DNA of 64,000 nucleotides from an uncultured Gammaproteobacteria bacterium (GTDB lineage Bacteria; Pseudomonadota; Gammaproteobacteria; Berkiellales; Berkiellaceae): NCBI GenBank assembly GCA_963803015.1, contig CAWDKV010000011.1, positions 675,021 to 739,020 of the forward strand, read 5' to 3'. Shown piece by piece: positions 58,763 to 64,000 of this stretch (position 1 is its first letter; each line of letters starts with the position of its first letter). The notes under the pieces were generated by a model. It saw only the letters and a program-made list of their open reading frames with translations, ran no database searches and was not told where the DNA came from. The position numbers and the translations under genes were made by a program.

Positions 58763-59716
58763 GTGATTCAAGGCCCTAAAGAAGATATTTTTGAAATAAA
58801 AATTTCTCCTGAACTCGAAATGATACATAGAAAACTATTAGAAAAAGTCTTTCAGGGGCAGTTTAGTGAGTTTAAGCATCATTTTTCACAAGAAGGAAAC
58901 CGATTTTTACATGTTTTTCTAGAAGCAGAACTTTCAGATTTACGTCTACTTTCGCAAGCACTACAAGGCACCTTGGTGAATTATATTCGTATTTGTGGGC
59001 TTAAAACGAAAGCAGCAAAATTGATGGCGCTGGATCTAAGAAGGACATCAGTAAAATATGTTAACTTAAGATTAAATGGCATCAGCAACGAAGCTGCCGC
59101 TTTATTTGCCACAAAGCTGAAAAACACTGCTGTGACTCACCTCAATCTTGCCTTCAATGAAATAGACGACAAAGGTGCCACAACCCTCATCAGAAACTTA
59201 GCGCAAACCAATGTGAATTTTCTTTATCTTGAAGGCAATGAAATACCCTTCCTTATAGATATCATTAACCTTATCCCGAATACTTCTCTTATTTTCTTAA
59301 AGCTAAGCATATCTCTATGTCGAATGGATCGTGAAACTAAGCTCAAATTAGATGCTGCACTTTTGATTAATAAAAATCGTTTATTAATTACTCCGTATAA
59401 TCTTTGGTGCTTAATGAAGCTTCCAGAAGCAGAGCGCAATAAGCACTTTAATCTGCCGTTAGAGGCGCTCTCCTCCTCTGAAGGACAACTGCGCTATGCT
59501 GGTGGCATTCTAGCAAATCATAAGCTGCCATCAGAGTTAAGAGCAGTGATAATCCAAGGCGTATTTCCTCTATATAGTCAAAGCAAAGCCACTAAGAATA
59601 TGCTGACTTTCGCCCGATTTCATCCCAAAAGTCTTCTGCTAGAAGAGAAAAAGGAAAGTGTGAAACCAGCGCCTGCCCCTTCGCCTAAGAAACAATCCGG
59701 CTGTTTAATCAGCTAG
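58763..59716 (+). CDS. RNI-type leucine-rich-repeat protein ending in the CaaX box CLIS
   Basis: 317 aa from GTG 58763 (alternative ATG 58820). LRRs read VKYVNLRLNGISNEAAALFATKLKNTAVTHLNLAFNEIDDKGATTLIRNLAQTNVNFLYLEGNEI. The C-terminus is PSPKKQSGCLIS*, with the CaaX box at 59702..59713. Confidence 0.7.
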   Translation: MIQGPKEDIFEIKISPELEMIHRKLLEKVFQGQFSEFKHHFSQEGNRFLHVFLEAELSDLRLLSQALQGTLVNYIRICGLKTKAAKLMALDLRRTSVKYVNLRLNGISNEAAALFATKLKNTAVTHLNLAFNEIDDKGATTLIRNLAQTNVNFLYLEGNEIPFLIDIINLIPNTSLIFLKLSISLCRMDRETKLKLDAALLINKNRLLITPYNLWCLMKLPEAERNKHFNLPLEALSSSEGQLRYAGGILANHKLPSELRAVIIQGVFPLYSQSKATKNMLTFARFHPKSLLLEEKKESVKPAPAPSPKKQSGCLIS

Positions 59717-59831
59717 GGCTATATTCCACATTCTTCCCCTGATATATCACCGTAATTTCATCCGAGATTGAATCTCATCTCTTTCAATTCAAAATATGTG
59801 CTATTCAACTAGATTTAATTTTTATTAAGCA

Positions 59832-59860
59832 TTGAGTTACTGTTCTTAATTTTATATAAT
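59832..59860 (+). promoter_or_regulatory. Sigma70-like promoter TTGAGT-N17-TATAAT upstream of 59905
   Basis: The -35 lies at 59832..59837 and the -10 at 59855..59860, with a 17-nt spacer. A leader of about 38 nt with an AAGGG SD precedes the ATG. AT-rich context makes chance matches likely. Confidence 0.4.
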
Positions 59861-59904
59861 CTGTCATTCTTTTTATGACACTTTTGCTTCTATAAAGGGC
59901 GTTT

Positions 59905-61266
59905 ATGCTTCGATGGTTTAAAAAAGATGAACCTGCACTCAACCTACCGGCGTCTAAAAAAAGTGTGCCCTATGAACGTAGGGAGATGACAGAAAAATCT
60001 TCTAGAGAACGGCAAATAGAACTTCAAGCTTTATTATCTGAATTTTATGATGAGCAAGGAGTGCCCCATCCTGCAAAACGCCACCTAATCGTCCAGTTGG
60101 TCGCCAATTTCAACATCACAACAATACAAACTATCGATTGGGATAATGTCCATCTACTTGACCAGGGTAATGTCGAGTCAACCCTTCTCGCGCAAACCGT
60201 TACCCATGCTTCACAAAATGAAGTATGGGCAAGAGAGTTAACCAATCGCATTATTTTAGAAGGGAAAGCTTCTGAGATAAACTGGAATTATACGAGCATC
60301 GTTTGTTCACAACCAGATATGAGTATTTTTTCTCGTATTGTTTTTTATGCCTTCAAAGCAGAAGAGTGGGCTCTCACAGCTTTAGATTCTCTTTTTAAAA
60401 CCGTCCCTTTAAATAACTTTGATTTTAATGGCAAAATTGTCGATGGGACAACGCACGTTACACCTTTATTTCTGCTTGCAATGCTTGGAAGGGAAGGTCA
60501 TCCTCAATATTTAACGACAGTATTAGTCCAACATCTCACCCAAATGGGAAAGCTGCACTTTAACGCCGCAATACTGGATACACTCTATGCAAACACGCAT
60601 TGTCACCCTCTTATCACCTGGATCTATCTTACAACCTTTGAAATAGAAAAATCTTCTTTATCTGTAGCTTGTAACTTATTTATCGCTGAAATAAGCAAAA
60701 TCATTACGAGCATTTCTGAAACAATGTGGCATTTCCGTCAGGTTCAAACTGATTTGCCGGAAGAGAAATTTATAGAACTATATCAATGCATAGCACATGA
60801 TTACTTAAAAGAATATTTAAGGAATGTTCCCAAAGAATTTCGGAACAAAATCATAGAACAAGCTTTAAAAAAACACTTTTACTTTCAACCAAAAGAGAGA
60901 GAAGAAGAAAAATGGACGAAAGTATCATCAGAGCATGATCTTTACTTTGAGCAACGATCTTATACCTTTTTGGTGAAATTAGCCGCTAGAAAAGTTTATG
61001 AAGAAACACCTATAACCAATCCTAATTTATTTAAACATCCTAAAGGAAACCCAAAAGGTAAACCCCTGCTTGTTAGATTGGTTGAAGAAAGAGTTAAATC
61101 TAGTTTAGAGGAATTAAAAAAGAAAAAAATCATACCAGCGTTTATTGACTATGCACATCGCACATTGATAGTCGCTGAATTAGCAAAAAGAAAGGATATC
61201 AGTAGAGGGGAAATCATGGAGGTGATCCAATCAAGCTATGCTGTGAAAAAAGCAAAGCAAAATTAA
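59905..61266 (+). CDS. Repeat protein, a member of the Trp-containing (..NW/DW..) repeat family shared with the next gene
   Basis: 453 aa. Repeats include TIDWDNVHLLDQGNVESTLLAQTVTHASQNEVWARELT, EINWNYTSIVCSQPDMSIFSRIVFYAFKAEEWALTAL and NNFDFNGKIVDGTTHVTPLFLLAMLGREGHPQYL. Confidence 0.65.
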   Translation: MLRWFKKDEPALNLPASKKSVPYERREMTEKSSRERQIELQALLSEFYDEQGVPHPAKRHLIVQLVANFNITTIQTIDWDNVHLLDQGNVESTLLAQTVTHASQNEVWARELTNRIILEGKASEINWNYTSIVCSQPDMSIFSRIVFYAFKAEEWALTALDSLFKTVPLNNFDFNGKIVDGTTHVTPLFLLAMLGREGHPQYLTTVLVQHLTQMGKLHFNAAILDTLYANTHCHPLITWIYLTTFEIEKSSLSVACNLFIAEISKIITSISETMWHFRQVQTDLPEEKFIELYQCIAHDYLKEYLRNVPKEFRNKIIEQALKKHFYFQPKEREEEKWTKVSSEHDLYFEQRSYTFLVKLAARKVYEETPITNPNLFKHPKGNPKGKPLLVRLVEERVKSSLEELKKKKIIPAFIDYAHRTLIVAELAKRKDISRGEIMEVIQSSYAVKKAKQN

Positions 61267-61287
61267 ATATTATGAAAGAGGTAATGT

Positions 61288-64000
61288 ATGTATAAAGGCC
61301 CCAGCGACAGTCATGAAGATTTTGAGTTAGTCATTGATGTATCATCAGATGCTAATTCTGATATGGTAGAAATAGGCGAAAAAGAAAGCGACGCAACTGA
61401 TAAAACTGCCAAATCTCAAGCAAGACCAACTGTTGGTGGTCTCACGATTAGAAGATCTGACTCGTATCGTCCCCCCATTGCCGCTTTGACAATTGCAAGA
61501 ACCGACAGATTGCATGCTCCAAAACCAGCAAATGCAGATACAAATGCTAACAGCGAAACACTGCAATCTGCTGTAAGACAAGAAAGCGCACCGCCGATTG
61601 CAAGAGCCGACGGGCAACAACTTGTTGAGAAATCAAATCATCAATCTAAAAAAGCAAAACGAGAAGCCTACCACGAGCACCAAGAAAAACTTCTGGCTTT
61701 ATTCAAAGCAGCCATAAAAGTTAAAAAGAAAATTGCTGATATTCTGGCTTTTTTAAAAGATAAAGATTGTGCCTATTTAGATTTCAATGCCCTTCTAAAA
61801 GAAGAGACTTTGATTATCCATTTAATAAAAGGTCTTTCTGCTTATAGAAAAACTGATTCAGATATTGCAAAAGAGATTCTGCAACTTATTTTTGCGCATG
61901 CTCCTCTAGAAAAAATTAACTGGAATGTCTATTTTAAAGAAGGCGCTCATGCTGGGATGACTGTTTTAACATGGTTTTTGCAGTACACTTTTACCGACAA
62001 TGATAGCTATTGGGTAAAAGAAGCTTTCTCGAAGATGCTTAATTTTAAAAGCCCGACCACACCAGCGCCAGATTGGATTTTAAAACTCGATTGGGATGCT
62101 AAAACTTTTACAGAGCCAAATTCAGGAAAAACTGGCCTCTGGTGGATACTTTTTTATGCAAATAAAAATGATGCATTTGCAAAATCCTTATTAAATTATT
62201 TGATTAGAATCGATGCACAAAAGGAGCTCAATTGGGATGCTAAAAATTCTTTTGGTGATAATGATGTAAAAAAAGACACTTCTTGCTTAGGCTTACTTGC
62301 TATTTATTTAATTCGTAATCCTGAACAAGCCCCCCCCTTGTTGCTTTCTGAACACAAAATACCTCTGGAAAAATTTGATCCTAAGGAAATTAAATGGGAT
62401 CAGCGAGTCTTTAACCCTAAAACAAAAATACTCAACTCACTCTTAAATAGATATATTGAGCTAGCGATGTCAGATATCCCGTGGGCAATTGATTTTATTG
62501 ATAAGCTGCTGATTCCCTTACCTGCCAATCATATAGATTGGGCAAAGATAACTTGGGATGAAAGAATCACAGAAGGACCTTTTAAAGAGAAAACCATTTT
62601 TTCATTATTAGTTATCCTGGCTATCCAGGGTAAGAAATTTGCCCTAAAAATTATTGCTGAGCTCTCTTTGGACAGATTAGAGAGAGTGCCGACTATATCC
62701 TTGGATGACATTTCGCTTATGCAATTACTAAATTTGGCACTGATTGAACGCCAAGAGTGGGCTTTAAAAAGCCTTACACTGTTGTTTAAGGGATCTACTC
62801 CTATAAGATGGCAAGCGGTAGTATGGACGCCATCACTGTTACAATCGTTCACGGAAAGTACCATAGCACAGAATTTTGGCAATCATTTTTCATTAGCCAT
62901 TGCTCAAGCCCCAAATCAAAGTCTGATGTGGAAAGATCTTAATTGGGAAGCTACTATTGCCCGAGGCCCTTATAAAGATCAAGCGATGTTGCAATGGTTA
63001 ATCGAAGAAGCCATTCAAGGAAGCTCTTTTGCTCAAAAAATCCTTGGAGAATTAAACCACGAAGCCTTGGATTGGAAAAAGATTAACTTTAAAGCACTCT
63101 GCACAAGAGGAGAGTACAAAGGCAGACCACTTAATGTAGCTCTTTTTGAGTTGTCTCATTTAAATATGGACTCTTCTTCTTATGCTAAAAAAACATTTTC
63201 AAGCATGCAAAAAGTGGTCACCCTTTCAACGTTAGCTTGGGATACAGTTAATGTCAATCTGATCCTGACACGGCCGCCAACACCGATACCAACATCACGG
63301 CCAGTGCCAACACCAGAGCCAGCACCAACACCAGTAATGGCAGTGGCAACACCAGTGCCAATACCAACGCGAGTGCCCCTGCCAGGGGCAGTTTCAACAT
63401 CAGTGCCACCGCCAACGCAAACGCAAGTCACATTGATCTCATTCATGATGATGCGAGACGTTTCAGGACATGATAATCACATCTTAAAACTCATGCCCAT
63501 TCAGCCCGCCGCCTGGAAAGGAGCGTATTGGAGTTTCAAGATACAAAGTGGACCTTATAAAGATCATACTTTATGGGGATCTCTATTATTAAGAGCAGCA
63601 CAAGGAAAAGTATGGGAAAGTCAAGTTGTGCGCGCCGCACTTACTGAAATTGCTGCTTCTAACTTTTCCTGGAATGAAGTTTTTCTCAATACAAAAATTG
63701 AAGATGGTCCGTATCATGGCAAAAGCCTTTTTGAGTGGCTTGTTATCGAAGCCATGCAAGGAGAACTGTGGGCTCAATATGTTGTGTTCAATGTCAATTT
63801 ATCGAAATTTAATTGGACCCAAATTGACTGGAATCAAAAATTAACTAAAGGCATCTATGCTGGCACAACCCTTTTGAGCAGCTTCATTCACCATTTTCTT
63901 GATAGATTCTCGAATGATGTCCATCCTCTCATTCATGTTTTAAATCAAGTGGCCCCGGCGCAATTACATTTTCGCGATGTTTTCTGGGATCAGAAACTCA
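61288..64000 (+). CDS. Large Trp-repeat (ankyrin-like?) protein. The 3' end runs off the window; at least 904 aa are visible.
   Basis: It is absent from the ORF track because there is no stop. ATG 61288 has an AAGAGG SD at 61276..61281, and the frame stays open to 64000. At least 12 degenerate repeats of about 45-50 aa are present, for example LNWEATIARGPYKDQAMLQWLIEEAIQGSSFAQKILGEL and FSWNEVFLNTKIEDGPYHGKSLFEWLVIEAMQGELWAQYV. A Pro-rich linker lies at 63271..63426. Confidence 0.75.
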   Translation, partial: MYKGPSDSHEDFELVIDVSSDANSDMVEIGEKESDATDKTAKSQARPTVGGLTIRRSDSYRPPIAALTIARTDRLHAPKPANADTNANSETLQSAVRQESAPPIARADGQQLVEKSNHQSKKAKREAYHEHQEKLLALFKAAIKVKKKIADILAFLKDKDCAYLDFNALLKEETLIIHLIKGLSAYRKTDSDIAKEILQLIFAHAPLEKINWNVYFKEGAHAGMTVLTWFLQYTFTDNDSYWVKEAFSKMLNFKSPTTPAPDWILKLDWDAKTFTEPNSGKTGLWWILFYANKNDAFAKSLLNYLIRIDAQKELNWDAKNSFGDNDVKKDTSCLGLLAIYLIRNPEQAPPLLLSEHKIPLEKFDPKEIKWDQRVFNPKTKILNSLLNRYIELAMSDIPWAIDFIDKLLIPLPANHIDWAKITWDERITEGPFKEKTIFSLLVILAIQGKKFALKIIAELSLDRLERVPTISLDDISLMQLLNLALIERQEWALKSLTLLFKGSTPIRWQAVVWTPSLLQSFTESTIAQNFGNHFSLAIAQAPNQSLMWKDLNWEATIARGPYKDQAMLQWLIEEAIQGSSFAQKILGELNHEALDWKKINFKALCTRGEYKGRPLNVALFELSHLNMDSSSYAKKTFSSMQKVVTLSTLAWDTVNVNLILTRPPTPIPTSRPVPTPEPAPTPVMAVATPVPIPTRVPLPGAVSTSVPPPTQTQVTLISFMMMRDVSGHDNHILKLMPIQPAAWKGAYWSFKIQSGPYKDHTLWGSLLLRAAQGKVWESQVVRAALTEIAASNFSWNEVFLNTKIEDGPYHGKSLFEWLVIEAMQGELWAQYVVFNVNLSKFNWTQIDWNQKLTKGIYAGTTLLSSFIHHFLDRFSNDVHPLIHVLNQVAPAQLHFRDVFWDQKL

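Overview
The window is a low-GC gamma-proteobacterial chromosome segment. Its conserved backbone is serS-rarA-lolA-ftsK, trxB, infA, clpS-clpA, cspD, icd, mnmA, purB, ppsA/ppsR, prpB-prpC-prpD, an addB/addA-like helicase-nuclease pair, ugpQ, metNIQ, an MFS transporter, nhaD, a methyltransferase-rnhA-dnaQ operon, gloB and mltD. This backbone is interrupted at five or more places by genes for large, mostly orphan, eukaryote-like proteins. These carry ankyrin repeats, RNI-type LRRs, a CaaX box, a DXD glycosyltransferase, Cys-protease-like signatures, Pro-rich proteins and a Trp-containing repeat family. That mosaic is what a Legionellales-type intracellular bacterium with a large secreted-effector repertoire would show; the taxon and the secretion route are inference only. 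The stand-out is a two-gene operon at 28226-34122. Gene 1 (about 1323 aa) combines polyproline tracts, a WASP-like connector-acidic (CA) segment ending in IWEDD, and a region matching the hallmark motifs of the eukaryotic Dbl-homology (RhoGEF) domain (EFISTEE ... PIQRGPRYSLLLNELITLSPEN). Gene 2 (636 aa) carries a proline-rich stretch followed by a near-canonical WH2 actin-binding motif (LLAAIRAGKDLKKA) and a C-helix-like segment. The two proteins share a C-terminal domain of about 85 aa and PPPPPPR motifs. Together they look like a bipartite mimic of the host actin-nucleation and Rho-signalling machinery. ppsA is broken by two +1 frameshifts while its regulator ppsR is intact. A toxin-like DXD glycosyltransferase gene carries one in-frame TAA. 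I recognised no rRNA, tRNA, CRISPR array, transposase or integrase. All calls come from reading the sequence and ORF translations by eye. No database search was run, and motif coordinates were counted by hand.
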